From a virus (taxonomy: Duplodnaviria > Caudoviricetes), in the IMG/VR virus record IMGVR_UViG_3300020050_012045, positions 32,001-96,000 of that record: a DNA stretch of 64,000 nucleotides. One strand, 5' to 3'. Positions 46,437-55,721 of this stretch are shown here, in pieces. Within the stretch, counting starts at the first letter, position 1. Each line of letters begins with the position of its first letter. The notes beneath the pieces were generated by a model. It was not told the DNA's origin. It was given only the letters and a program-made list of their open reading frames with translations, and did not search any database. The position numbers and the translations under genes are program-made.

Positions 46437-49400
46437 TAGACTGTAGTCCAGGTGCCTGAAGGCGACAATCCAACCCACAGGTTAGAAGACAAGTACATAA
46501 CCTTAATATTCGAGCCGATTGTGGCCGATTCGGTATATCCAGCAGCTGCTGACAACGTAGCATTGACTCGGATCTGATGGCTTCCTTGGGTCAGAACCCG
46601 AATCCCATCGACGTCAGTCACGTAGAACTCGTAGTTGTCGCCGATTGCGGGTGAAGCCGGCAGAGTGAACACAACCTGAGCACCAGCGCCGGTGTTGTGA
46701 AAGAAACGACCGCGATCCGAAGAGTTAAGCGACAGGGAGGTTGTTCGGGCAGTGACTCCAACTGGGCATTCATTTGGTGACAGCGTGAACCAATTGTTGC
46801 CGCGACGTTTAAGACGTAGACTTCCACCGGGAACCGTAATTCTCTTGGCTGTTACTGCTCCGTCGATGGTTTCAGCGCCACCAGGTTGGACGATAACCAC
46901 AAACCCAGACGTACCAGCCGAGTTAGTTTCATCCTTGATTGTGATTTCAACGCCGGCATAAGCGTTTTGCGACAACGTAATGGTTACGTCAGCCGCCAGT
47001 GCAGTAACACCAAGGTAATGGGCCCGGATGTCTGAAGTCGTGGACGAAGCTGTTGAGTAACTGTAAGCAGCTTGAATTGGAGCCCAGGTGCCTGGTGTTC
47101 CAGACGCTACGCAAGCGAACTCAACAGCACCGTAAACTTGGGTAGACAGCTCGATTGAGCGATCTGATTGAACCCAATTGCCGGTAGTTGGAGGTCCAGA
47201 AGACCGGGCAATTTGCTTACTGTTCGTGGTTGGAGCTGGACCTCGGTACAGCGCATTCGGAACCCAGAAATGCCCAGCGTCCACGGTTTCGCTTCGATAA
47301 CTGTCAGTTGCTCCATTGATCGAGTGAGCATAGCTGGTCAATGACGACTGTGTTGCCCCGACCCAACCAGTATTGCCGCCGCTGCCGTTAACGGCCCCCA
47401 ATTTGAATTCTGTTACGACTCCAGCTCCAAAATTGGAGAAACTGTAGGTGAAGATATCTGTAGATGAAGCTCGTTTGCCCAGTTTTATGGTGCAACTCAC
47501 TCCAGAACCGTCGTCATTGGTATCGTTCACAAAATTGATTGAATTCCAACGATCCCATCCACGGGTAGTGCCTGTCCCGTAAATACCATCAGGATGGATA
47601 CCGCCATCAGCCGTCGCCCGACCATTTATCAGACCTCTAGATCCTGACTCCAAGTATGGGGAGTAGAACGTTGTGGTATTGTTAGCTTGCGAGATTGGAA
47701 CAACAATACCAGGTCCAATTCCGGGTGATATCTTACCTAAACCGTTATTTTCACATCCACAGTTTACATAGGTGTTCCCTAGGAAACTGTTATCGAGATA
47801 CCCACCCCATCCGTTAACGATAGCGAAACAGTCGTATGCGCCACCCGCATTGGCATCAGCCCCAGCAGTGTAAAATCCCCAACCAAGGCAGTTGTTTGCG
47901 GACAGATGCTCCCAGCGCCAACCGTTAGCGTTGTTTCCGTCCCCGCTAGATGCCACAATCGAAAACCCATCTCCACCAATCGCGGAAGCGGTCATGTCCT
48001 TTAGGTTTACGATACATTCGGCTTTTACCGCTGATACATAAACCTTTGCCCACCTAACCGTGCCACCATCAGAGATTTCCTCTGCGAGAGTTACCGGAAT
48101 TCCATTTGCTCCGGCAGTTCCAGCTTGAGTATAGGTGAAACTAGTGGCGCTTAGTACGGTTATTGTGAACCATCCAGATGCAAACGCTGGATCGTCCGAC
48201 ATGATGTATACGCTGTCACCAGTGATATGTCCATGCGCAGCCCCAGTTACCGCTGTTACGGTGCTTCCAGCACGAACTAGATCCCCACGCGCAATGTTGT
48301 TGCCAAATCCGTAGGTGCTCCAGGTAGGCTCGACAGCCCCGGAGTTGCCAGACTGAATACACCTAAGAATAAACCCTGAATAACTCTCCCAGGTTCCGGC
48401 ATATCCAGTGCTTGGTACAATTGCAGATAGATTAGCTACGTATCCAGTTGTAAGCGTAATCCAGTTTGGCGTTGAGCTTTGGTGGGCTACAACGAATCCT
48501 TCGCAGATACTGTTTGCCGCCCCACCAGACACTACCGTATTAGTGTACAGGAAGCGAATGACGTCAAACCCTTTGCGACCTTGGATTTGTGTCCCGCCAT
48601 TGGCAGCGTTACGGTTCCCTCCACCCTTGATGTGAACTACACGATTGATGAGCCAGGTTCGTGACAGCGTATAAAGACCAGCCGGGATGTAAAGTCCAAG
48701 CGTTGTTGATCCGATTGGAATAGCGGCAAGAGCTGCCTCAAAGGCGGTGATTGAGTCAGCAACACCAGTAGGGTCAGCGCCGTAGTCCAGAACTGAGATC
48801 CAATAACCAACCTTCGCCTTGTCAGCTGCCGACATGAAGCCAGCTGTTGACGTTGTGGCTACGGCATGTTGCGTACCCCCACCACGAACGCCATGTTGAG
48901 CGTCAGTAGCCAAAACACCAACCTGGACGTTGTCAGGATTAGCGACAATCGAGCCGTCAACGTTGCCGACTACGTTAAACGTCCGGTTGGCTGACAGATC
49001 GCCGCCGCCAGTTAAACCGTTACCGGCAGTCAATGTACGTGAAGCTGGAACTCCACCACCGCCGCCACCACCGCCAGAGGCAGCAGAGTCAGCAATTAAA
49101 AGACTTATGTTTGCTGTCAATGCTGGAGGAGGCGAGATGAAACGAACTTCCAGGTGACGCAGAATCGACTCTGCGTTAGTGACCCCTGTCTCTTCGTGAT
49201 AGACACGGGCGGTGATGATATCACCAGCGGTCAAGTTGAACTCTCCCGCTACAGACGCCCCCCATCCTGCGTTAATGACATTGATTTTATTGGAAATGTC
49301 CCACAGGAGGATCTTGGCCCCGCCCCCGCCTTCGTTTTTGTCTACAATCAGTTGGCGTTGCAAGACACCAACATCTGTCGGTTGCCCGATGACGTCCTGA

Positions 49401-50167
49401 GCCGAGATGAAGTACCGGCCTGTCTTAGAGACCGTGATTGCACCAGTGCCCACATCGTAGCTAAACGTATCGCTAGAGATGTAGTCAGGGGAGGCATCGT
49501 ACAACTGACGAACAAACGTGTTGGGCGTTAGTGGTCGGGCCGTGTCAGAGTTGAGCTTGATTCCTTGATCTTGGGAAGAATAGTCAGCGGTGACGTAAAT
49601 GACGCCAGCAGATTCCCGCCATTTGATATCAGGGACAAGATAACTGGTATCATCGGACGCAACAGGGATGATTTCAACAGGGCTAGAAATTGAAGTTGCG
49701 ACTACGGTTTCAGTCTGGTGGGGGAGGGCTACGGTTACAATTTCAGCGTTGTTTGATCCACCAGACGAGCCGGTAACCACAGCTTGGAAGTTGTAGCTGT
49801 CTGAGGTTGAATTGTACTCGGACGAGATAAAGAAGACGGCGGAACCAGGAACCACGGAGTATGGGGCATTAGCCGCTGCACCGTCAATTTTGGCCCCCAA
49901 ATTAGGATAAACTAGGAGAGCATTGGCTCCCGAGTTTTCAATGATAATCCAACGCCCGCCTACCGTAGCTGCCGGAAGGATAGCTCCTGTCCCTGATGGA
50001 ACGGTGGAGAATTGGGTATAACCAGAACCAGCTAGGGCAGCCGTTGCTTGGTTAGTTCCAGTAGCCGTTAAGGCGTAGACAGATTCGGTCGAGAATCCGG
50101 CTGCGAAGTTCTGAACGCCTTGCCAGGAAAATGAACCGTTGCGTGTTTTGGGGGTAATGATTGCCAT
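46436..50167 (-). CDS. tail spike / fibre with pectate-lyase-like beta-helix
   Basis: SVLDYGADPTGVADSITAFEAAL...IPAGLY (pectate lyase 3-like), CVASGTPGTW, poly-Gly linker. Confidence 0.8.
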   Translation of the reverse strand: MAIITPKTRNGSFSWQGVQNFAAGFSTESVYALTATGTNQATAALAGSGYTQFSTVPSGTGAILPAATVGGRWIIIENSGANALLVYPNLGAKIDGAAANAPYSVVPGSAVFFISSEYNSTSDSYNFQAVVTGSSGGSNNAEIVTVALPHQTETVVATSISSPVEIIPVASDDTSYLVPDIKWRESAGVIYVTADYSSQDQGIKLNSDTARPLTPNTFVRQLYDASPDYISSDTFSYDVGTGAITVSKTGRYFISAQDVIGQPTDVGVLQRQLIVDKNEGGGGAKILLWDISNKINVINAGWGASVAGEFNLTAGDIITARVYHEETGVTNAESILRHLEVRFISPPPALTANISLLIADSAASGGGGGGGGVPASRTLTAGNGLTGGGDLSANRTFNVVGNVDGSIVANPDNVQVGVLATDAQHGVRGGGTQHAVATTSTAGFMSAADKAKVGYWISVLDYGADPTGVADSITAFEAALAAIPIGSTTLGLYIPAGLYTLSRTWLINRVVHIKGGGNRNAANGGTQIQGRKGFDVIRFLYTNTVVSGGAANSICEGFVVAHQSSTPNWITLTTGYVANLSAIVPSTGYAGTWESYSGFILRCIQSGNSGAVEPTWSTYGFGNNIARGDLVRAGSTVTAVTGAAHGHITGDSVYIMSDDPAFASGWFTITVLSATSFTYTQAGTAGANGIPVTLAEEISDGGTVRWAKVYVSAVKAECIVNLKDMTASAIGGDGFSIVASSGDGNNANGWRWEHLSANNCLGWGFYTAGADANAGGAYDCFAIVNGWGGYLDNSFLGNTYVNCGCENNGLGKISPGIGPGIVVPISQANNTTTFYSPYLESGSRGLINGRATADGGIHPDGIYGTGTTRGWDRWNSINFVNDTNDDGSGVSCTIKLGKRASSTDIFTYSFSNFGAGVVTEFKLGAVNGSGGNTGWVGATQSSLTSYAHSINGATDSYRSETVDAGHFWVPNALYRGPAPTTNSKQIARSSGPPTTGNWVQSDRSIELSTQVYGAVEFACVASGTPGTWAPIQAAYSYSTASSTTSDIRAHYLGVTALAADVTITLSQNAYAGVEITIKDETNSAGTSGFVVIVQPGGAETIDGAVTAKRITVPGGSLRLKRRGNNWFTLSPNECPVGVTARTTSLSLNSSDRGRFFHNTGAGAQVVFTLPASPAIGDNYEFYVTDVDGIRVLTQGSHQIRVNATLSAAAGYTESATIGSNIKVMYLSSNLWVGLSPSGTWTTV

Positions 50168-50173
50168 ACCGCC

Positions 50174-50181
50174 AAAGATTG
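50174..50181 (-). promoter_or_regulatory. putative late promoter CAATCTTT
   Basis: Exact octamer 6 nt upstream of ATG 50167. Confidence 0.75.
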
Positions 50182-50182
50182 T

Positions 50183-50521
50183 CTAGCAACGCCCGGTCCT
50201 GGCGACCTCTCTAGCCCGCTCAAACAGCTTTGGGTCGTCCTGTAACCTGAAAGCTTTTTGCTCAGCAAGGAGGTTGTAGTAAGAGTACCAATAGTTCTTT
50301 GTTTTTAGCAGGTTAGCTACAAAACTAACGATATAGGTAAAGTAGAACGACCACCACCCCTGTTGGCGGATGTCATCGACATGAACCAGCTCGTGGGAGA
50401 TGGTGTGGGTAGCTAAGGCTTCATCTGGGGACTGGGCACAGAACACTAAAGGGTAGATTGTGGTAGCGGATGCTCCCCAGAGTTTAGGAAGCGAGGAATT
50501 GAAGAAAAATCGAACCGTCAT
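50183..50521 (-). CDS. HExxH zinc metallopeptidase-like protein
   Basis: ATTIYPLVF, HELVH, FYFTY, EQKAF; variant motif CAATCCTT (50527-50534) 5 nt upstream. Confidence 0.7.
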   Translation of the reverse strand: MTVRFFFNSSLPKLWGASATTIYPLVFCAQSPDEALATHTISHELVHVDDIRQQGWWSFYFTYIVSFVANLLKTKNYWYSYYNLLAEQKAFRLQDDPKLFERAREVARTGRC

Positions 50522-50531
50522 GTACTAAGGA

Positions 50532-50560
50532 TTGCCCTTGGAGGTAAAAACATGTAAGGT
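50532..50560 (+). promoter_or_regulatory. sigma70-type promoter (leaderless)
   Basis: TTGCCC-17-TAAGGT-7-ATG(50568); -35 overlaps the opposite-strand late motif variant. Confidence 0.5.
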
Positions 50561-50567
50561 TACAAAC

Positions 50568-50825
50568 ATGAGTGTTCTGCTTTTTGCCCAATGGCTGATT
50601 CCGTTCGTGATACGGATTGCAATTGCATGTTGGGTTCTGGGGTGGGTAATTTACTCGTACCGTTGGATTAAATCATGGTGGAAACGAACAATTGAGGCTG
50701 AAAGGCGCTTATTGTCCGAAATTGAACAAGGATCTAGGGCTGCCACTGCTGTAATCATAGAAAAGACCAGACTCCTAAACGAAGCTATCTGGAAAAAGGA
50801 CGAGGATAAAAGTGACCAAAAATAG
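50568..50825 (+). CDS. small membrane protein
   Basis: N-terminal TM helix. Confidence 0.6.
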   Translation: MSVLLFAQWLIPFVIRIAIACWVLGWVIYSYRWIKSWWKRTIEAERRLLSEIEQGSRAATAVIIEKTRLLNEAIWKKDEDKSDQK

Positions 50826-51036
50826 AGATTTTAATAAATGGTTCAAAAAGACGTTTTACGAACTACCTCAGACCGAGGAGCAACAAGATCAGTTAATCCA
50901 AAAACTAATAGATGCAGAGGAATTGGTTGAAGATCTCAAGCAGTCCGTTGACAAAGAAAGTCAACTTCAATGTGCTTATGATTCGGCTTTACTTGTGTGG
51001 CAAATGGCCGATGAAAAAAAGAAAGGGGTCAAGTAG
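50812..51036 (+). CDS. hypothetical protein
   Basis: GAGG SD. Confidence 0.6.
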   Translation: MTKNRDFNKWFKKTFYELPQTEEQQDQLIQKLIDAEELVEDLKQSVDKESQLQCAYDSALLVWQMADEKKKGVK

Positions 51037-51282
51037 TTGGCTATCTCGGAATGGCGCATTGAGAGACTGGAAATGGACCTTCATACCGCTAAGCTGCATA
51101 TCGAGGAGGTGTCTGTTATTTTAGCAAGAGTGCTGCATGGGATTGAGCTGGATTGTGCCGTCAAGACGGCAGAAGGGATCGGTACAGTGGTCAAATTGGG
51201 CGTAAAGTCGTGTTGGGTGAAGTTGCCAACTGAACCTTATTCAAAGGAGATGCCGTATGTCGATGTCGAACCAATCAAGTAG
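51037..51282 (+). CDS. hypothetical protein
   Basis: Operon packing. Confidence 0.55.
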   Translation: MAISEWRIERLEMDLHTAKLHIEEVSVILARVLHGIELDCAVKTAEGIGTVVKLGVKSCWVKLPTEPYSKEMPYVDVEPIK

Positions 51283-51511
51283 GTGGCAAACAGTGATAGT
51301 TCCATTTCCAACCAAAGCCGGGGAACGATACATGATCCGAAACGTTGATCCGGTGTATGTAGAGATTCGCGGTCGCGAGCCGTTTTGGCTTCGGCAAGCT
51401 TGCAAGTTGGACTTGGTTGCGGTAAAGAACGACCTACCGCCTAACATTAGGCTGGTGGATGACCCATTAGTTTGGGTTATCCGTTCAATGAAGGATGACG
51501 CAAATGAGTAA
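51257..51511 (+). CDS. hypothetical protein
   Basis: AAGGAG SD. Confidence 0.55.
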   Translation: MSMSNQSSRWQTVIVPFPTKAGERYMIRNVDPVYVEIRGREPFWLRQACKLDLVAVKNDLPPNIRLVDDPLVWVIRSMKDDANE

Positions 51512-52043
51512 CCTGCCAGCCAAAGAATCCGCCGCCATCAACTTTACCGGCCCAGACGGCAAGGGATTCAGTCTGCCAATGCGAGACATCTGGCACTTAG
51601 AGTCACGTAAGGAGGAAATTTCTACCGTCAATCGCACCAGTGCCCCAGAGCTGATGCGGGCAATGGAAGACGGTTTCAGTAAGCTGGCTCCGATGTCAGC
51701 CACGATCAATTCCCAGCTGTCTAAAGCTGAAGCCATGCTAAAGCAGCGTGAAGCCGTGGTTTTGCTGGAAGTTGTCCCAGAGTACGAGAAGTCTCACGGT
51801 AAGATGTCTGCTGACCAGCGCAAGGCGTTAATTCTGGTTGATAAAGAGGTTCAGCGGGTCCAAGAGATTTACGACCAGTTGACAGCTCTAAACCGTCTGT
51901 TTCGTGACAAGATGGACGGCTTTCGGATGGCATTCAGTGCGGTTAAGAAGGTTTACGACGGCCTAAGCTCCTATGATGGCACTGGTGGACAGTTCGAGAC
52001 TAACAAGAAACCTGCTAAAGTACACACGTACGATCCGGAGTGA
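51504..52043 (+). CDS. helical protein, possibly UvsY-like recombination mediator
   Basis: Coiled-coil pattern with SADQRKALILVDKEV; similarity judged by eye only. Confidence 0.4.
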   Translation: MSNLPAKESAAINFTGPDGKGFSLPMRDIWHLESRKEEISTVNRTSAPELMRAMEDGFSKLAPMSATINSQLSKAEAMLKQREAVVLLEVVPEYEKSHGKMSADQRKALILVDKEVQRVQEIYDQLTALNRLFRDKMDGFRMAFSAVKKVYDGLSSYDGTGGQFETNKKPAKVHTYDPE

Positions 52044-52237
52044 GTATGATTGACGTTCAAGTAAAGTGGGCCGCCCGCCAGACCCTATGGTGGTACAATC
52101 TCGGAGGAACGAGCAGGACTAAGATGACGCCACTTTTCAGTCTCTCCAAAATGTACAGTCGCAAGTATCGGCGCACATTTTATGTCTTGCACATTGGGAG
52201 ACTTAGCGTTTACTTTTACAAAGAGGTAACCAAATGA
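52040..52237 (+). CDS. hypothetical protein
   Basis: Coupled at both ends. Confidence 0.55.
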   Translation: MSMIDVQVKWAARQTLWWYNLGGTSRTKMTPLFSLSKMYSRKYRRTFYVLHIGRLSVYFYKEVTK

Positions 52238-52413
52238 GCAAGAAAATAAGATGGGTCGAGATGGAATTGGATGACGATGATACGCTGTGTGGGCTGGTAA
52301 ATGCCGTTAACCAGCTTCTGTCGGATCTTGATGAAGCTAACGATCGCATCAAATACCTTGAAGGCGAAGTCGAAACGCTGGATTATAAGAAAATGAATAG
52401 AGGGTACGAATGA
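52234..52413 (+). CDS. unannotated 59 aa coiled-coil protein
   Basis: GAGGT SD; ATGA-coupled at both ends. Confidence 0.65.
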   Translation: MSKKIRWVEMELDDDDTLCGLVNAVNQLLSDLDEANDRIKYLEGEVETLDYKKMNRGYE

Positions 52414-53417
52414 AACCGAATGTCATTTGCCAAACCATTTTCGGTTCCAGGCTGTACGGCACCAACACCCCAGAGTCCGACTGGGACTACAAGGGTATCT
52501 ACCTTCCAACCGCCGAGCAGATTCTTGACCAGGAAGTCCCTGGCACTTGGTCAGAGAAGACTAACCAGTCTGACAGTGGTCGCAAGTCTGGAGCTGAGGA
52601 CACTGAGACCGAGCTGTTCAGCTTGGGTAAGTTTTGCGAGCTGTTGTCTGAGGGTCAGCTAGTGTCCTTAGATCTGTACTTCTCCCCTGATTTAAGTCTA
52701 GCTGACAATGAGTTTGGTGACTATGTCACAAATACATTACTCTTAAACAAAGACAAGTTAATATCAAAAAACATAAAAGCAGGTGTTGGGTACGCCCGAG
52801 CCCAAGCATTTAAGTACAGCCTCAAGGGTGATCGCATCAAAGCTTTAGAGGGGATGCTAAGCAGCTTAGATGAAGCTGCCAAGGTTGTTGGCAAAAACAA
52901 TTCAGTCAAGTATAGCTATGGATACATCATCGAATCCCTCACCAGCGACCTGAGCGCAGCCGCATTGGCCCACATCAAGCCTATTCGCGACCCTCACACT
53001 CAAGAAACTACCTACATTGAGGTCTGTGGCCGCCAGTTTGGCTTGCATGACTCCTTGGCTACTGCCCATGAGAAGCTGAACAGTTACTATCAGTCGTACG
53101 GCCAGCGAGCCCACCAAGCCAAGGAAGATGGAAGCGATAGAAAGGCGTGGCTTCACGCGATACGTATTAGTAACCAACTGATCGAGCTTCTAACTACCGG
53201 CAACATCACCTTCCCACGCCCGGAAGCTGAGCTTCTTCTTAAGATCCGTCGCGGTGAGTTTTCTCAAGAGTACATTGGCGACCTCCTGAACGAGAAAATC
53301 GAGGAAGTTTACGAAGCCCAACGTAACTCCAAGCTTCCCGAAAAAGCTGACACCAAGTGGATTCGTGAATTTGTTCGTGGCGTTTACCGTGATATCGTGG
53401 TAGACTCAAGTAAGTGA
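52410..53417 (+). CDS. DNA pol beta superfamily nucleotidyltransferase (phage RlaP/YcgL-like)
   Basis: FGSRLYGTNTPESDWDYKGIY, GYARAQA-KY, KAWLHAIR, ITFPRPEAELLLKIR, SKLPEK. Confidence 0.88.
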   Translation: MKPNVICQTIFGSRLYGTNTPESDWDYKGIYLPTAEQILDQEVPGTWSEKTNQSDSGRKSGAEDTETELFSLGKFCELLSEGQLVSLDLYFSPDLSLADNEFGDYVTNTLLLNKDKLISKNIKAGVGYARAQAFKYSLKGDRIKALEGMLSSLDEAAKVVGKNNSVKYSYGYIIESLTSDLSAAALAHIKPIRDPHTQETTYIEVCGRQFGLHDSLATAHEKLNSYYQSYGQRAHQAKEDGSDRKAWLHAIRISNQLIELLTTGNITFPRPEAELLLKIRRGEFSQEYIGDLLNEKIEEVYEAQRNSKLPEKADTKWIREFVRGVYRDIVVDSSK

Positions 53418-53426
53418 GGTGTCGGC

Positions 53427-53849
53427 ATGACAATAAATCGTAATGAAATTGAACAACAGATCAATTTCATGATGAGCATGATGCATTTTCTCACCACTCA
53501 AGGTATCAAGAACATGACCGCATGCTCTTGCTGTGATGGGATCTCAGTGACTCTTCCGGGTAACGTTGGGCTGAGCAACATCAACTTCATTGAACATCCA
53601 GATTGCTATGAATTCAAGCTCGACCTAGAACTTAGGCTCATCCCAGATGTTGCTCGTATTCAGTTTGTTTTCAACAAAGAGCAGACGACATGCAGAGTTG
53701 ATGGACTGTATGATGTTGAAGCAACTGATAACGGCTCCTATGCCGCTACGTTTAACCCATCAGGTGAGAAGTGCGCCAATGGATCGACCATGGTGGATGC
53801 TTTAGTGTCTCTTGCTTGTGTGATAGCCAAGGAGTGTGAAGATGAGTGA
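53427..53849 (+). CDS. hypothetical protein
   Basis: GAGGTG SD; CSCC motif. Confidence 0.6.
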   Translation: MTINRNEIEQQINFMMSMMHFLTTQGIKNMTACSCCDGISVTLPGNVGLSNINFIEHPDCYEFKLDLELRLIPDVARIQFVFNKEQTTCRVDGLYDVEATDNGSYAATFNPSGEKCANGSTMVDALVSLACVIAKECEDE

Positions 53850-54519
53850 AGAGAAACCAGCCAAATCCAAAGGCCAGCATTCCGCAATTGACAATCGTTG
53901 GTTAACACCTACCGACATTGTAGACTTAGCCCACAGATTGCTTGGAACAATCGATCTTGACCCAGCCTCAGAACCTGAGGCTAACGAGCTGATTAAGGCT
54001 AGCCGTATCATTACCGCCGAAGAAGACGGTTTGATCTCCTACTGGGGTGACGCCAGTCGTATTTTCTTGAATCCACCAGGTGGCACTCTGGATAAAGCCA
54101 AGTACCCTAAGCTCCACCGTAAGTATTTCTGCACTTCTTTGCCCCAAGCGTTCTTTAAGGTGGCGGTTGACCATCTGTGGTATCACAAAAAGCTTAACGA
54201 CAAGCACGGGACTGTTCTCCCAGGAACTTTGTTCTTTGTTGGGTTCAGCCTAGAGCAGCTCGCCACCCTGTCCAGAGACGAGGACTGTCGGGCGTTCATT
54301 GAGTCATCCAGTGTTTTCGTTCCGCCAGACCGTATTCGCTTTAAGCTCAGCAAGGAAGTCCTAGACTCCCTGTCCGAAGAAGACCGTAAGAAAAAGAAGA
54401 CTGCTAGTCCTTCTCACTCTAACTTCATTCTGGTTTGGTCAAATGAAAGACAAGTTTTGGATGAGCTAAAGAAGTTCTGTGATGAGACCAACTGGCTTAA
54501 ATTACAGGGCGTGCTGTAG
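53842..54519 (+). CDS. phage DNA N6-adenine methyltransferase-like protein
   Basis: WLTP, IDLDPAS, EDGL--W, FLNPPG, RIRF. Confidence 0.75.
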   Translation: MSEEKPAKSKGQHSAIDNRWLTPTDIVDLAHRLLGTIDLDPASEPEANELIKASRIITAEEDGLISYWGDASRIFLNPPGGTLDKAKYPKLHRKYFCTSLPQAFFKVAVDHLWYHKKLNDKHGTVLPGTLFFVGFSLEQLATLSRDEDCRAFIESSSVFVPPDRIRFKLSKEVLDSLSEEDRKKKKTASPSHSNFILVWSNERQVLDELKKFCDETNWLKLQGVL

Positions 54520-54911
54520 TGGTGGCGAAATGGTTGGATTCAATCGAACCCATTAGCGTAGAGGTAGGTTACAGCGGCCACTTCCTGGATAGTTTCATCA
54601 CTTCCGTACGTGATTCACGGTGGTCATTGTACCCATACGGCTCAGGTGACCTAACCGAAGACCAGGTGGCTGAACTTAGTCGCGTGGTAACGTTGCACAT
54701 TCACGACTTGTTTTTCGGCCATCCTGTTAATCAATCAACCCCTTACATACGGACTGTTCTAGCGGTAGCAAACCAGGTGCTAGCGGCTGAAAACTGGCCA
54801 ATGAAGACTATCTACGGATCATCCTGCATTTTGGGAAAAGAAGTTGGTTTCGTTTTGCATGAGATTGATCGATCTGTAGTGCGAATTAAGCTTGCCTTTT
54901 TGCCCCAATGA
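54519..54911 (+). CDS. hypothetical protein
   Basis: 130 aa ORF. Confidence 0.55.
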   Translation: MVAKWLDSIEPISVEVGYSGHFLDSFITSVRDSRWSLYPYGSGDLTEDQVAELSRVVTLHIHDLFFGHPVNQSTPYIRTVLAVANQVLAAENWPMKTIYGSSCILGKEVGFVLHEIDRSVVRIKLAFLPQ

Positions 54912-54929
54912 GTGTGACAAGGAGATGAA

Positions 54930-55172
54930 GTGACCAACCACACCTTAAACATCAATTTTGTTCCATCCGATACCCTAAGTGCTGAAGAGCTGGCACTGCA
55001 AGCGGAAGAAATCCGAAGTACCTTGCAGGCCGAGTATCCGGACATAGAAATCACAATCAGCATGAGTGAAGAAAAAACTCCCGCAAAAGAGTACCGCACG
55101 GTGGAGGAAATACTTTTTGACGCCTCAAAGGTCGCTGTTGGCCTTTTGACGTTAAGCAACTCAAAACCTTGA
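54930..55172 (+). CDS. hypothetical protein
   Basis: AAGGAG SD. Confidence 0.6.
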   Translation: MTNHTLNINFVPSDTLSAEELALQAEEIRSTLQAEYPDIEITISMSEEKTPAKEYRTVEEILFDASKVAVGLLTLSNSKP

Positions 55173-55197
55173 CCCTGCTCATAACCTGGCTTAGGCT
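55169..55197 (+). promoter_or_regulatory. sigma70-type promoter (leaderless)
   Basis: TTGACC-17-TAGGCT-6-ATG(55204). Confidence 0.75.
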
Positions 55198-55203
55198 GAT
55201 ATC

Positions 55204-55464
55204 ATGTCAAACACACTATACGTCGTCACTTCTGGTTCCAAATGGACAGCTCACTATGTTCGGTTCATCTACGATACCCTCGACAAGGCTGTTAAAGGGG
55301 TTGAGGCTATGATAGCCAAGGGCGATTTGACAGACACTGTTATTGATATCAGGAAGACCACCCTTGGAGCCGACTACGAAAAAGCGGTCTTAGCTGCTAG
55401 CTGGGAGCGTCTTGGTCATGATCGCTGTGAATTTCCATACAAGTACGTAAAGGTGAGGCAATGA
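55204..55464 (+). CDS. hypothetical protein
   Basis: Follows promoter. Confidence 0.65.
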   Translation: MSNTLYVVTSGSKWTAHYVRFIYDTLDKAVKGVEAMIAKGDLTDTVIDIRKTTLGADYEKAVLAASWERLGHDRCEFPYKYVKVRQ

Positions 55465-55721
55465 AAACTCGCGACCTAAAAGAAAACATCTGGAAGAAAT
55501 ACACCTACCAAGTTCGTTGGTCAGCTGAAGACCAGGAATACGTTGGGCTGTGCGTAGAGATGCAGGGGCTGAGCTATCTGTCAGAGACCTTCTATGGTGC
55601 TATGAATGGAATAATCAGAGTCACGAAGGAGGCAGTAGAGTGGTTGTGCGAAGACGGAATTGACTTGCCACCGCCTATCGATTGGGATAAGACTATCCTC
55701 GTACCCAAGGAGACTAAATGA
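55461..55721 (+). CDS. HicB-like antitoxin domain protein (orphan)
   Basis: YTYQVRWSAEDQEYVGLCVEMQGLSYL...EDGIDLPPPI. Confidence 0.8.
   Translation: MKTRDLKENIWKKYTYQVRWSAEDQEYVGLCVEMQGLSYLSETFYGAMNGIIRVTKEAVEWLCEDGIDLPPPIDWDKTILVPKETK

Noticed and set aside
35027-50167. Diversity-generating retroelement or invertible fibre cassette
   Set aside because: No reverse transcriptase or recombinase and no adenine-specific template/variable repeat pair seen; the only repeat is the short synonymous-diverged N-terminal tag
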